This document shows, piece after piece, positions 48,981 through 64,000 of a stretch of 64,000 nucleotides of DNA. A program made the translations under genes and the position numbers. This DNA comes from Eledone cirrhosa. Lineage: Eukaryota. The stretch is from contig OZ024740.1 of the NCBI GenBank assembly GCA_964016885.1, positions 284,642,001 through 284,706,000 on the forward strand. The letters run 5' to 3'. Numbering within the stretch: the stretch's first letter is position 1; each line of letters opens with the position of its first letter. A model generated the notes under the pieces. That model ran no database searches and was not told where the DNA came from. It was given only the letters and a program-made list of their open reading frames with translations.

Positions 48981-49748
48981 TATATATGTGTGTGTGTGTG
49001 TGGGCATACATGTGACTACCATACAATCATATAAAGTTGTGTACATGTAAAACACATCCATATGCAGGTGTTCATATCAATTTATACACAAGCTGGTACA
49101 TGTCCGTACAATATATCGTACATAGAAAACTGGCCAAAGAAAGGGTAGCAGACTCTTCACTTGTGTCAATAACTTGTCAATTTCCTTAATACTGGTGCCA
49201 TGATTTTCTCTGTTTCTCACTCTGTAGAGTTTGGGAAGATATCTAACCAAGATGGATCCTGACATATCAGAGAGATAATTGACTCCATTTAAATACTTAG
49301 TCTGTGACAGCCTATTCAATCCTTGCTAGCAGGAAAAGTGGGCGTTAAATGATGATGATGACATATACATACATGCCTTCCTGGTTTTAAGCACGTGGCT
49401 TTATTTAGACATAATTAGGTGGTTGGATATACATATGATTTTGTTTTTTCAGAAATTTTATTTAGCGACTTTAACCCTTTAGCATTTATATTACTCGATA
49501 TATCATCATCATCGTTTAACGTCTATCTTCCATGCTAGCATGGGTTTAGACATATATACCATTGTATTTTGTGGTAAAAGCTTTACCTCACATAATATCA
49601 AATCTATGAAGATTTTGATATTATTTATTTTGAGAACAATACCTTAACATCAGTATGAGCAGCTGGTTACATCCAGTTTGAATAAAAATGGGTGAGAGAA
49701 TTCTAGCTGGATACAGCAGGTTTAAATGTAGGTACAGTCTATTTAGAT

Positions 49749-50003
49749 CAGTGGTTCCCAAGTTATTTTGGTTTGTTTGTTTTTTAACTTGTGTTGCACT
49801 TTAGCAAATAAAATATATTGGCACATTATGTGTAAAGTTTAAAAACAAATTAATAAATATATTTATGTATTCAAATGGCTTTAAATGAATGGGCAGGCAA
49901 GTTTGGTCGCAATCTTTAGTTACATCTCATAAGCTTTGTTTAGAATTTCATATTGTACTTTTCACGTTTTTCACACCTAGTTACACCAGAGTGTGAACAA
50001 CTG
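49749..50003. mobile_element. Possible degenerate hAT MITE
   Basis: Starts CAGTGGTTCCCAA and ends TGTGAACAACTG. The 8-bp flanks ATTTAGAT/ACCGAGAT match only partly. Confidence 0.3.
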
Positions 50004-50989
50004 ACCGAGATTGAAAAATGTTCTGTTTATTTTGACCCCATGCCTATTTGTCCTTATTTGTAATACCATTATATATTTGTATAACTTGTACTTTTGTGAT
50101 GTATTCTGATGAAAAAAAAAAAAAAATCTTTCCAACTTGTAATTTAATTTTTATGTAATTAAGTAGTCAGAATTAAAAACATTTATAGTGTGTGCAATTA
50201 ATATTGTTTTTAATTGTTTGACTTCTTGGAAATTGTTACAATCATAACTATGCTTTTATAGAATTGATATTGTTGTAGTGGAGTTAGTTATTATAATTGA
50301 TATCAAAGATTTATTAGTGTATTTTAAAGCTAAAATTGTTCAAAGAATAAATTCTTAAATTTGAACATTGGATATTAGAAAAGAAAGAAAGCAACACTCA
50401 TCTTATTTTATTCACTAACATTTTGTAGTAATCTTAGAAGTATTAAGAAAATAGTTTTAATGGTAGATTTTTAATATTGTTTTTAGATAAAAAATTTTGT
50501 TTTGTCATTGTTTTACATCTGCTGTCCCTCACTGTTCTATGTGGTCCTTATTCAGAGTCACTCCCTTTCTAGATGAGTCAGAGACTGTTCCACTTGTGCA
50601 TTCCATTTTTGGCACGAGTGAGGAATAGAGGATAAGGTTAATGAAGAAATATGTCAGTTAGAAATAAAATGTTTTATGGGAGACTTAAATTGAACATAAT
50701 CAGTGCATCAGAGATTTAAATGTAGATTTTAAACATCCCAACCTCTATCATCATTTATCCTTTTTATGTCAGTTTTTAATGCTTACGTGGGTTGAACAAG
50801 CTTTCTCCATTGAGTATTTTGTCACTTAGTCCTTTATTTATTTCATGATGTAGTTTCTTGATCTATCCAGTTTTTCTCTCGGATAATTTACAATCTATTG
50901 TTCATGCATATTCACATTACACATCCAGTAGAACATGCTCGCTTCATTTCTTTCCTACCATTGCAAATCTTATGTATTCAAGGCCTATG

Positions 50990-52260
50990 TCTCATTACCA
51001 TACAATATCATACTTCATGAATAAGCATCATACAGCTTATTCTTCATCTTTAGAAAACATTTGTTACTAGCATAGATAATAGCTCTGAATTTTTTCCACC
51101 TTTTACTTACTCTGGCAACTATGCTTTCAGAGTACTTACCTTCACTGCTAAATAGGTCACTAAGGTAACAAAAACTGCAAACTACTTGTCTGGGGCATTT
51201 GTAAGAATTTATTTCATATGTACTCTTACTGTTAATTACACCCATGCCTCTGTCACATATGAAGCTTGCCTTCTCTGTCAGCCTGTCTGGTGATCCCACT
51301 ACTCCTCTTGTGTATCATAGTTTACACACAACCTACTCTTTTTATGCATATCAAACACAGCTATTTCTGTGATGACAGTTTTGTCTTCTCTTTCCTCTAA
51401 CTAAAATTTTAGTCTTTAACTCTAGGTTTGGCTTTCAGGTTTGAAAATTCTTCTCTGAATCTTCAGATTCCCTGATAACTAGATCAACATACAGGGGATT
51501 CTATAGACAACTAAATTGAAAAATGAAATTTACAGCTCACATATATACAGGTTTAGCTGGCCTCCTACATACGAGGGTTCTTGGATGTTTTAGTGATAGG
51601 GGCTCCAGTCATACCATGTAATGCAACATGAAATTAAGCATTTTGCTCAAGAACACATGTTGCCTGATCCAGGAATCAAACCTGCAACTTTATAATCACG
51701 AGTAAACATTCTAACCAATAGGTCATGCACCTTTGCTGGTTTTAAACTTGTCTATTACATTCTGGAGGTTTAAATAAGTAACACAAGCTATTGGTACCTA
51801 ATTTGCTTAGCAACTATCAAACATTCATAACTATTCCACCAATTTGATGCTTTTGTAGTTGCTTTTCTCGAGAACATCTCCTTTGACATAACACCTTCGT
51901 TAGTTATATAACTGAGAGCGAGTGACTAGCACATGACCTACTTTACCAGATATTTTCAGTATTTCAGCTCCTATTAGTGATGGTTCAGCTACTTTCTTAG
52001 CCTTCATTTCCTTAAGCACCCTTTTGAGTACATAGCGGTCAATTTCAGCTATTAGTTTGTCTTTTGGGTCTAATTGGGGTGGGCCCATTCTTTGCCATAC
52101 ATTCTCTACATTCAACAACCACTCATAGTAGCATTTCCATGCCTCTTTCTATTCATCATCAATGAAGACAAGTGCACTGCTACCATCTATACACAATTCT
52201 TATCAGTATCTTGATTCTATTTTGTATACTGCTTTGCAATCTGGAACACGTCATGATGCA
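50990..52260 (-). mobile_element. Old RTE fragments
   Basis: SFCYLSD...ESIVARVSKRWKKFR (51015-51299) and KEMKAKKVAEPSLIGAEILKISG (51900-52118). A SINE-like piece interrupts near 51600-51730. Confidence 0.65.
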
Positions 52261-52405
52261 GAACATCTACAGACCTCTCACTTTCTGCTTATCTCTTTCC
52301 TACATGTACTGTATTTCCTATTGTATATATTTAAATATTTAACCATCATAATTCTTCACATTTTCAAAACCATCATTAATTAAACCTTCTTTCATTGTCT
52401 TTCAG

Positions 52406-52558
52406 GTCCTTTTACAGACGTTGTGACAGCAAATTTAAAGTTAATCAATCCCACATGCCGTGCAGTATGCTTCAAAGTGAAAACCACTGCACCAAAACGT
52501 TATTGTGTACGGCCCAACAGTGGCCTTATCAAACCTAAAGAATTTATGACTGTTGCAG
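52406..52558 (+). CDS. VAP: VAMP-associated protein, MSP-domain exon (153 nt)
   Basis: ttcag|...|gtaaaa splice sites. Encodes (G)[50 protein letters not shown], which contains the VAP consensus [18 protein letters not shown]. Confidence 0.95.
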
Positions 52559-52730
52559 GTAAAATTGTTTCTGCTGTTACTTGATATATTAACTTAATAT
52601 AACACTGATCATCTTGAAATTTTAAGAATTATTAATATGAATTTGTTTATGTGAGTGGTGTACTTGTTTTGAAAATGTTTTAAGAATTATTATTTTTAAG
52701 ATCAAAATTAATATTATAAATAATTTTCAG

Positions 52731-52837
52731 TTATGCTGCAACCATTTCAATATGATCCTGCAGAGAAAAATAAACACAAATTTATGGTACAGACAATGTT
52801 TGCCCCTGATGGTGAAATAGAAAGCCAAGAATTATTG
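52731..52837 (+). CDS. VAP: VAMP-associated protein, next exon (107 nt)
   Basis: ttttcag|...|gtaagt; phase compatible with the previous exon. Encodes (V)[35 protein letters not shown]. Confidence 0.95.
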
Positions 52838-54142
52838 GTAAGTGATTATATTTCTGTGCATATACTAAGATAACATTATGTGTCTATCATGCTTTGCTTT
52901 GATTATGATCTGGATTTTAATCTTTTTCCAGTGAAGTGTTTGTGAAAGGAGGGGCTATATCAAATTACATATTTTCCTTTTATTTCATTTCACCTGTACT
53001 GATTGAGCAAATATATGATGAAAGACAATCCCACTTGATTATCTCATCTCTTTAGGGGTATCTCGGACCACATTATCTAGTGTACTATTTCCTTTATAAA
53101 GATGGTAGTGGAGGGAATTTGCCCTGTTTTTATGTGGTGTTGTTTTTTGTTGAAAAGTTGTACTTGTTTTTCAAGATTCTTGATGGGAAATTGTGTGTTG
53201 AAACATTGCTGTACTCTGGGAGGGTCAAACTGTGTATTCAAAACACACACACACACACTGGTTGTATTCCACTTCAGTTTGAGATGCATCAAAGGACAAT
53301 GTAGGAACACTGTCATCATTTACATGGGTGAAACAGCCTGTAGCATAGGTTAATGGATAAAAGAGCATTGGTGAGAATTTGAGGACAAAATCTACATCAG
53401 TGCTCTATCAACACAAAACAAACTGGCTCAATAAGGTAAATCTTTCTATACAGTAGAGTGATCTGACATTAAGACAAAGGGGCTATGTATATACTAGGAG
53501 GAACACCAGCCACCCACTCTTCTAAATAGAAAATACAAATTGATTAACAACCTCATCCCCACTGTCATCTAGTGACTTATGGACACATACAAACTTTGAA
53601 CAAACCACAAACTTGTCTTGGCTGGAAAAAAACAAAACAAAAGCATTCAAATACAACTGTAACGCTGCATGGCAGTGAATGTAGTAGAGGAAAGTTGGAG
53701 AGAAATGAAGCAAGATGAGCTGAAAAAAAAACTGGATACAAGAGGAATCAGATGTGTGCAAGAGAAAATATTGTGATGGTATGGATATATGATGGACATG
53801 GATGATTGTTGGGTGAAGAAGTGCCAAGGAAGATGTAGACATAAGTGATTGAAGCTGATTTCAAAATGCTGAATCTAAGAGATGAAGAAATAACGAATGG
53901 AGGTAGGCTTTGCTAGAGAAGACCCTGTCCAACTTATCAAGCATGGAAAAATTGATGTAAAATGAAGTAAATAAAACATTAACAAAGGCATCAAAACTTG
54001 CACATGTGCACCACACAATTCAATGCAAACAGAAAGCATGGAGTAAATGGGAATAATCACGAGGTGCACAGAGGGTACATAATTATTGATGAGATCATAA
54101 GTTGTAATGAAAGAACTTTGATGAACCAATAAACTATTTATC

Positions 54143-54527
54143 TAACAGAGAAGACCCGCCTTGCCAGTAGGCATCTCTAACAAACTACACCCCGTCCCGC
54201 CACCACCCCCACCCCATCCACACCACCCCGTTCCATGTAAAGTTATGTTGGTGCCGCGCCATCCAGGCCGAAACAAACGAGATCGTGTAGGTGTCACGAC
54301 AAAAAAACACACAGTCCACGCTGTAATGTGGCCGTGTAGGCAACACGGTAAAAACCTCCCAGACCCACACTGTAAATGTGGTTGGTGTTAGGAAGGGCAT
54401 CCAACTGTAGAAAACCTGCCAGACAGTCCTATGCGAGCAAGACAATCACTCTTGCCTCAAGTGGGACTACCCTCGTCCAAACCCATGCAAGCGTGGAACA
54501 CGGACGTTAAACGTTGATGATGATGAT
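54143..54527 (+). mobile_element. Young RTE 3'-end copy
   Basis: Near-identical to 40633-41020, with a (GAT)n tail. Confidence 0.9.
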
Positions 54528-54714
54528 GTATATACCTGAGTATAAGCCAAGGAATAATGTAACCAAAAAATCAATAGTAGAAGTAGGGTCGGCTTATATT
54601 CAGGGTTAATATTTTGACAATTTTCATCAACCTCAAATTTTACATAAAGTTTTGGATTTTTGCCCATTTCTCAGACATAAAATAGTGTGGTCAGCTTGTA
54701 TTTGAGTATATACA
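54528..54714. mobile_element. Short Tc2/pogo-like MITE related to the 44688 element
   Basis: Ends GTATATACCTGAGTATAAGCC and GCTTGTATTTGAGTATATAC. Internal TTTGGATTTTTGCCCATTTCTCAG is the reverse complement of ~44741-44765. Confidence 0.65.
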
Positions 54715-55399
54715 ATAGTTCATTAATTTATTTGAAAAAAACTGAAGTGAAAATACAACCAGTGCACGTGTTTTTGATTGGCCTTCCCAAAGTACAACAA
54801 TATTATATACTTTTATAGTCATTTCATAGAGATTATTTCAATTTTATTTGCTTTTACTTCACATATAAACAAGATAAATGTAAAGCAGTAGCCATTCAAG
54901 TATCCAAGCATGCATAAAAGCAGTTGGTGCACAAAAAGAAAAATCTGGATTGTTAACTGGAAAAATAAAAATTGCAAAATCTTGATTTTGAAAAAAGAAA
55001 AAGAAAAAAAAAATCAAGGTATTCTCAATTCAAGAGCTGAAAACTGTTAGTGGGATAGGTATGTTAAATATACAAGGAAGCATCTTTGAAGATAAACCTA
55101 TTGAATTAGGTGATTAATATGATAGAAATGAATGATTCCTATGACTGTAAAGCTGTTATATAAAATCTCTGGAATTAGAATTTCTCCAAACTCACATGAT
55201 TACTGTGGAAGATCATCAACTGCAACATCCTAATGGTAATGACGATGATGATAATGATGTTGAACTGCTTGAGAGGTTTATCACTGATTTACAATGTTTC
55301 TGTCTCTGAAATAGAACTTCTCTTCGTCAGTTCATCTCTAAGTTGTCTGTACCAGATGCATCAGTATTTTATTTAATCATCACTGGATATTGCCAACAA

Positions 55400-55663
55400 G
55401 GGCACTGACATGCTTTTGACATCTTAATGATATGCCCAACACAGCAACAACCAAAGTTCAATTCTTTTCTTTGTTTATGGTTCTGGTGGATCAGGAAAGA
55501 TAGATTGAAATTGGATCAACTAATTCTAACTGTTGCATCTACAAGACTGGCTGCATTGTTCTACATAAGTAGCTCTACAGCTGATTCAACTTTCCATATT
55601 CCAATTTCCATTGACAGGGTTTGCAGTACTGATGTCAACAGCAAACTGGCAAAAATAATTTGA
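55400..55663 (+). mobile_element. Helitron Pif1-like helicase relic
   Basis: FFVYGSGGSGK (Walker A, 55467-55499), then in another frame LTVASTRLAALF...STADSTFHIPI...SKLAK, matching the Helitron pattern VASSGIAA...TAHS.F.IP. Confidence 0.6.
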
Positions 55664-57380
55664 GACTGTGATTGGAAGGAACGGCAATCCAAATGTAAAT
55701 ACGGATGGAGAAGCCTTCTGTTCTAATAATGGACTCTCTATTATGAACATCTTCTTCCAGCATAAAGACATCTATAAACACACATGGTTTAAGGGGAATC
55801 AGGGACAGAGATCAATAATTAATTTTGTTATTGCTTCTGTTTTCATCGGTTCTGTTCTGTGCTAGATGTTTGTGTTAAGCGTGGGGTGGATCTTTTAACT
55901 GATCACCATCTAGTTATTTGCAACCTGAGACTGCCTAAAGCCAAGAGAGCCCACAAAACTTGCAGGTCCAGCTCAACCTACAGGGTAAAGTAGGAAGCAA
56001 TGACAGAAAAGGAAATCAGGAACTGGTTTGCGGATACTATTGCATCCAAATTCAGAGAACTTCCTGAGAAAATTGAGAATGTTGAAATGGAGTGGAGACT
56101 ATTTAGCTTGGCAGTTTCTGCTTGAGTTGATAAATGCTGCGCGCGAAAGCAGTTGGGTGTGGTGCCAGGTTACAGGAGGACCTCTTGGTTTAATTAAGTG
56201 GTCAAAGATGCCATCTGAGCAAAGATGAAGGCTTACAAAGATTAGTTTGGAAATGTCATCCTCCATGCATTTGCGGTGCGAGCAGGCACAAAAAGTCACA
56301 GTAGAGACAGTAAAGGCGTCCAAAATAAGACTTGGGATGAGTTTGGATTAAGCTGGAATCTGACTTCATATCAACAAATAAAGTGTTCTAGGAGACCATC
56401 TGCTGACTTCATAATAAGTACTCCTCCCCCTCTTGATATCAAGAACACATCCAGGGTTCTCCTCTTTTTTCAGAGAAGTGCAAGGTGGAGAGAATACTTT
56501 GCTGCTCTCCTAAACCTGGTCACAACAGCATCTTCTGATATACACAGAGATTGAAATCACAAGAACAATTAAAGGGCTGAAATGTGGCAAGGCTGCTGGG
56601 GAATATGGAATATGGCTTGATATGTTAAAAAACCTTAGAGAAAGTATTCTCTGCCTGACTCATGTGTGCAGGGTGGCCTGGATCTTTGGAAAGGCACCTA
56701 AGCAAAGGCAATCGGGAGGGATAATCCCCATTAAGCCTCCTCAGTAAAGTCTATGCCAAGTGTCTACCAAAACGATGTAAGAATATTGTGAAGTCGATGC
56801 TAGCTGATGAACAGTGTGGTTTCTACCCTGTACACAGCTTAGCTGAACAAATATTCACATTGCAGCAGGTCTTTGAGAAATCATGGGAGCATTGCCAAAA
56901 GGCGTATTCTTGTTTTGTAGACCTTGAAAAAGCATATAACCATGTTCTGTAGGTGTATTGGACCAATGGACAGCTTTTTGTTGTCCTGATGTCTCTATAT
57001 GCTAATATTTGGATAAATGGTGCTAAGTTGAAACTGTCCAATGTAGGTGTCGAAGTCTACCATGAGTAATGTCACCTCTCCTGTTCATAATCTCCAGGGA
57101 TAGAATTGACGTGCACAGCCAGCTTGGAAGTGGTATTGATACTGGTCAGTGTAGAATCAGTCAGCTGAAATTTATGGACAACATGGTACTACTAAATTCA
57201 TCAGAAAGTTATCGTCGACATGCATTTGATAGGTTGATGCCGAGTGCTGTACGACAGGAATGAAAACCAATCTAGCGAAGACTGGTACGCTCGAAGCCAG
57301 TGCAAAACACTCTACATGTGAGTGGAGTTCCACTGAAGCAGGCGGAGAGGTTCAAATATTCTGGGGCAGTGTTCACAAGG
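55664..57380 (+). mobile_element. Old RTE-like LINE of a different lineage, decayed
   Basis: FCSNNGLSIMNIFFQHK..HTW (EN), DHHLV, EQCGF, FVDLEKAY, MSPLLFI, FMDN. Many stops. Confidence 0.7.
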
Positions 57381-58920
57381 GATGCCAACAGCATGCAATA
57401 TTGCCTGACTTAATTCCCATGTCTCCTCCTAACAGCACTCACTAACAACTATTCTCACCATCACTACAACATCCCCAGTTTTAGCTGCTTTTTCCTCCAA
57501 AGCCTCAAGACTCCTTGCCTATTCATGCTCTTATAACCACACTCCTTACTCGTATGAGCCCCGCCCATGCCTCTCCTCTAGCACTCCCTAGCAGCTATCC
57601 TCATCATTACACACCCTCATTCCATCCATGCCCCATCCTATATTCATCCCTTAGCTGCTGTCTCTCTCCTAAAACCCTTAGATACCCTCACTATCGCACC
57701 CTGGTAGTGGGAGGTCAGTAGCACTGCTTCAGTGCTGACTTGGTCTATCTAGGCCCGTCCAAACCTTGCTAGCAGGGAAAGTGGATGTTAAAAAGCTGAT
57801 GGTGATATATATATATATATATTTATGTATATATGTATATATCATCATCATCATCACTGATATGTGTGTATATGTACCATATTCTTTTGTGTATTGCATG
57901 CATTCATGTATAACACACGTTTTTGACCAGAAAAATGTCTAGAAAAGCTTAGTTTTGGTGTATGACTTAGTCTTTTTTTAAATATTGATTTGTGTTTGAA
58001 AAATATGAACTGTACTTGATGTACTGCTCAATAATATAAGAACTGTACTTGTAGTGCTCATATGTTATTGTTATTTGTTTTGTTTATTTTGTTATGAACA
58101 TAGCAATAAAATACATCAGTCTACATCTATTTTTTCTTTAATCAGTTAAAGTACAGGTGGTTATTAGGTCTGGGCTCATGACATGTTTTTAGCTTTCTCA
58201 CAAAAATTCTACACTTCATTGCACACCCAGATTCACAAGTGATGGTGAAATATTTATCATTCAAGGACATAAAAACACAATAAACACACACATGGCTTAG
58301 TACAAACTGGAATACACAGAAACTTCAGAAATAAATTAAACAACTTGCATACAGTTTCAGTAAAACTTTATTCAAACATTTTATTACATAATATTGTATA
58401 AGAAAAGGTATGATTGAAGTTAAAAGGTATTTGGTGTTGGCTGACACTCGATATGGTTTTCTGTTTCCTGCTGACTGTTTTCTTGAATAGGTCTGAAGAA
58501 AAGCTGCAAACATGTAGTTATGGTGTCTTCTATGCACCCCCAAATAAAACAATGGGAAGAGTGAAAAACTGAGCAGTGTACACGATAGAATCCGATATAT
58601 CATCATTTTTACACCTGTTTTTCTACACTCTCCCCAAACCGTGTTCCTTAGTCATCTCCTCTCTGAGTCTCAGCGGCTTGAAATCATCTTTCACCACCTC
58701 TGCACAGGTCTTCCATGGTCAATCTCTACCACAGCTTCCTTCCACTGATTTTCTGGCACCTTTTACATATCCATATCAATGCAGTCTTCTCTCCGGCACA
58801 CAATTTTTGATTCCTCTTAAACCCAATTTCTCTCTCAGTTCAAATCCAAGGTCTGCTTTTCTCTAACACATTTATATTGTGCATCCAATGAAGCATGGTT
58901 GCTTCATTTCTCTCCAGCCT

Positions 58921-59914
<994 letters not shown>

Positions 59915-62766
59915 ATCATCATCATCATCATCATCAACGTTTAACGTCCGTGTTCCACGCTTGCATGGGTTTGGACGGGGGTAGTCCCACTTGAGGCAAA
60001 AGTGATTGTCTTGCTCGCATAGGACTGTCTGGCAGGTTTTCTACAGTTGGATGCCCTTCCTAACACCAACCACATTTACAGTGTGGGTCTGGGAGGTTTT
60101 TACCGTGTTGCCTACACGGCCACATTACAGCGTGGACTGTGTGTTTTTTTGTCGTGACACCTACACAATCTCATTTGTTTCGGCCTGGATGGCGCGGCAC
60201 CAACATAACTTTACATAGAACGGGGTGGTGTGGATGGGGTGGGGGTGGTGGCGGGACGGGGTGTATTTTGTTAGAGATGCCTACTGGCAAGGCGAGTCTT
60301 CTCTGTTACTGAGTACCGCCAAAGGTCTCGGTCCAGTGACATTGTCTTGGAGAGGTGTAAGTGTGTGAGGTCGGAGTTTATCAGCTCATCCCAGGTGTTT
60401 CTAGGTCTGCCTATTCCGTGGCTACCGTCTATCTTTATTGCCCTGCACTTTGTTATACAGCTATCGACTTTCATGCGCATCACGTGTCCATACCAACGTA
60501 GCCTTCTCTCGAGTAAACAACATCTGATCCCTCTTATCTCTAATTTTTTCCTTAGTTCGTTTATGCTTTGCCGTTCACGTATATTACTGTTACACATCCA
60601 GCGGAGCATGCAAGCTCCGTTCCTCTCTAGTCTGCGTATATCCTCTGCACACAATGCCCAGGTCTCACTACCATGCAACATTGCTGTTCGTATGCAGGCA
60701 TCGTACAACCTGCCTTTCATTTTTAGGGAGAACCCTTTAGCAGCTAATAGTGGTATAAGCTCTCTGAACTTTTTCCAACCAGTTCTGACTCTAGCTACAG
60801 TACTTTCAGAGCACCCTCCCCCACTGCTGATTTTATCGCCCAGGTAACGGAAGCTGTCCACTATTTCTATAGAACCCTCTGCGCAATTGAAAGAGCTAGT
60901 ATTTAGTGGGCACTTGCTGCTACTTATTGCACCAGAACACCGGCCACATGTGAAATCTATGTTCTTAGTTAGCTTACCTGTGATCCCACTACATTTTTTA
61001 TGCACCCATACTTTGCAGTTAGGACATAAAATGGAGTTTCTACCTACGCCTTTCCTACACACCGAGCACGACCATTTCCCAGAAGGGACCGCCGCCTTAT
61101 TTTCTTTCCTACAAACTAGAACTTTGGTCTTAGCCAGGTTAATTTTAAGTCCTTTTGACTCTAGGCCGTGCTTCCATGTTTGGAATTTCTTCTCTAGCTC
61201 GGCCATTGATTCCGCTATGAGTGTCAGGTCGTCTGCGTATAGGAGTTCCCATGGGCAGCCTGTCTTGAACTCCTCTGTTATAGCCTGAAGGGCAATAATA
61301 AATAGTAGGGGGCTGAGAACAGAGCCCTGATGGACGCCAACTTTTACGCTAAACTCTTCACTATATTCGTTGTTAATTCTAACCTTGCTGACTGTTTCTT
61401 TATACATGGCTTGTATAGCCCTCACAAGCCATTCGTCAACGCCTAGTTTTCTAAGAGCCCACCAGATAATGGAGCGGGGGACTCTGTCGAAGGCTTTCTC
61501 CAAGTCGACAAAAGCTAAGTAGAGGGGTTTACCTTTAGCTAGGTACTTCTCCTGTAGTTGTACTATGAAAAGAGCGTCTGTGGTGCTTTTGCCTGACACA
61601 AACCCGAACTGCATTTCATCTAGGTCAATTCTCTCTCTGATTAGTTGCGCTATTACTTTTTCCGTGACCTTCATGACCTGGTCGATTAATTTAATGCCTC
61701 TATAGTTACTCCTATCTAGGGCGTCTCCTTTACCCTTATAACAGTTAACGATGATGCTGCTATGCCAGTCCTTCGGAACAACCCCATTCTGTACGACTTG
61801 GTTAACTATGCGGGTGACCATGGTGTGTCCCACCGTGCCAGATGCCTTCAGCATCTCAGCAACTATTTCCGAAGGCCCAGCCGCCTTACCCGTCTTCATA
61901 TCCTTGATTGCCTTACTTATTATACTCCCCTCGACTAACACTGCTGGTCCCTCTATTGGGTCGATATGGGGGAGACTGTCTTTCTCCCATTTATTCTCCT
62001 CATTTAGTAGCCTTTCATAGTGACACTTCCAAGCTACCTTCTTATCAGTGTCGGTGATGGCAAGTATGCCATCATCGTTAAGTACACACTTCTCCCCGAC
62101 AATATCACGGTTTTCCTTGACGCATTGCCTAGCAATCCTGAACACCTCACGTTTTTGGTCATCGCGTTGTAGAACATGCTTGAACTTTCTTTCCTCAGCT
62201 TCCCTTCTTGCTAAGTACACTTCTCTCCTAGCTTCCCTCCTGGCCACTTGATAGTCTACTCTACTTCCCCCATCCCGCCATACTTTCCAAGCCTGCTTTT
62301 TGGCCTTAATTGACCCCTCCACCTTACTGTTCCACCACCATGTTACTCTCCTCCTGCCTACAGGCCTGCTCCAGCCACAGACTTCGTCTGTCGCCAACAG
62401 CAGGTTTGCTTTCAGAAATTCCCACTGTCCCTCTATATTGTCCGATTCTAGATGCTCTTCCTTACTGTCGAAAGCATCAAGTAATATGCTTTGAAATTTA
62501 TTTCTGGCTGTGGGGTCCTTTAGTTTCATTATTTTCCTCCTGAGGATAGTCCTCTTCTGCTGTCGAGTACGTCTCGTCCTGACTATGAGGTCGCTAATTA
62601 TCAGTCTATGTTGGGAGGTGCATTCTTCATGGGGGAGGGATTTAGTGTTTACAACAGACACTCTGTCACGTCTTCTGGTAAGGATATAATCTACCTGGCT
62701 TGTGTGTTCCCCGGATCTATAGGTGATCAGGTGATTGTCACGTTTTTTGAAGTTAGTGTTACAGAT
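59915..62766 (-). mobile_element. 5'-truncated young RTE LINE
   Basis: Open frame from ICNTNFKK to the stop at 60271, with one codon deleted (V-QLQ). 3' UTR and (ATC)n tail. Confidence 0.95.
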
Positions 62767-62769
62767 ATG

Positions 62770-62800
<31 letters not shown>

Positions 62801-63003
62801 TTATATATATGTATATATATATATGTATATGTATATATATGTATATATATATATGTACATATATATATGTATATATATGTATATATGTATATATATGTAT
62901 GTATATGTATATATATATATATGTATATATATGTATATATATATATGTATATATATATATGTATATATATATATGTATATATATATATGTATATGTATAT
63001 ATG

Positions 63004-63034
<31 letters not shown>

Positions 63035-63086
63035 GTATATATATATATGTATATATATATGTATATATATATATATGTATATATAT
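62767..63086. repeat. (TA)nG-type microsatellite between two head-to-head RTEs
   Basis: Direct inspection. Confidence 0.95.
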
Positions 63087-64000
63087 ATTCACCTCGTGGA
63101 CGAGAATGCGAGCACTCTTCTTTGTTTCGCCCGCGGATGGCTAACATAACCCCATTTCCCCCCGCCCCACACCACCCCCACCCTCCAAACGCGATCCAAA
63201 ACTTCAGAGTTGGTACCATAAATGTAGGCACCCTAAAGGGGCGCGCTAACGAGGTTGTAGAAATGCTTGAACGTAAGGAGGTCGATGTTTGTTGTATTCA
63301 AGAGACCAGGTGGAGGGGTGGGTCTGCTAGATTCATTGAGGGTAAAAAACGATGTTATAAGCTTTTCTGGGTGGGAAACGACGATGGGCTGGGTGGAGTA
63401 GGAATCATGGTAGCAGAAAAGTGGGCGGATAAGATAATAGACGTAAATAGAGTGAACGACAGAATAATTAAAATACGACTTGTCCTCAATAGAACTACGG
63501 TGACAGTAATATCTGCGTATGCACCCCAATCCGGACTGCCCGGCACTATAAAAGACAGATTCTATGAGACACTGATGCTCACTACCTCCCAAATATCTGA
63601 CAGTGACTATATAATTATTGCAGGCGACCTAAATGGTCACGTTGGGCAACATTGTGACGGCTACGACGAAATCCATGGAGGCTATGGGTTTGGTACTAGA
63701 AATGAGGAAGGCTCCAGAATCCTGGAATTCTGTGATGCAAATAACCTAACTATCTGTAACACTAACTTCAAAAAACGTGACAATCACCTGATCACCTATA
63801 GATCCGGGGAACACACAAGCCAGGTAGATTATATCCTTACCAGAAGACGTGACAGAGTGTCTGTTGTAAACACTAAATCCCTCCCCCATGAAGAATGCAC
63901 CTCCCAACATAGACTGATAATTAGCGACCTCATAGTCAGGTCGAGACGTACTCGACAGCAGAAGAGGACTATCCTCAGGAGAAAAATATGGAAGCTAAAG
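63087..64000 (+). mobile_element. Young RTE LINE, slightly 5'-truncated, runs off the window
   Basis: Near-identical to 37507-38420 (endonuclease domain). Confidence 0.95.

Overview
AT-rich eukaryotic (animal) DNA dominated by retroelements and (TA)n/(TATAC)n microsatellites. The repeat families and a divergent 28S fragment suggest a coleoid cephalopod, probably an octopus (inference). The only well-supported host gene is a VAMP-associated protein (VAP/VAPA/VAPB-like): two MSP-domain exons at 52406-52558 and 52731-52837 (+). The main content is a young RTE-clade LINE family (APE endonuclease plus RT, with a PHD-type C4HC3 finger inside the RT C-terminal region). It is present as one intact-ORF copy (37416-40670), one disabled long copy and several 5'-truncated copies, all ending in (GAT)n and mostly sitting in TA-rich microsatellites. 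The two long copies are preceded by homologous but diverged ~530 and ~637 bp tandem monomers carrying TATA/Inr-like motifs. Also present: two Penelope-like element (PLE) families with minimal hammerhead ribozymes, one with a 28S rRNA fragment in stem II; a PLE GIY-YIG endonuclease missed by the ORF track; tRNA-derived SINEs, one sharing its tail with an RTE in the window; a small internally deleted LTR element; a tRNA-like gene; Tc2/pogo-like MITEs; a Helitron helicase relic; and a 200-N gap (42985-43184). Most long Y/I/H/T-rich ORFs in the track are microsatellite artefacts. Coordinates were counted by hand, and the ends of degenerate elements are approximate.
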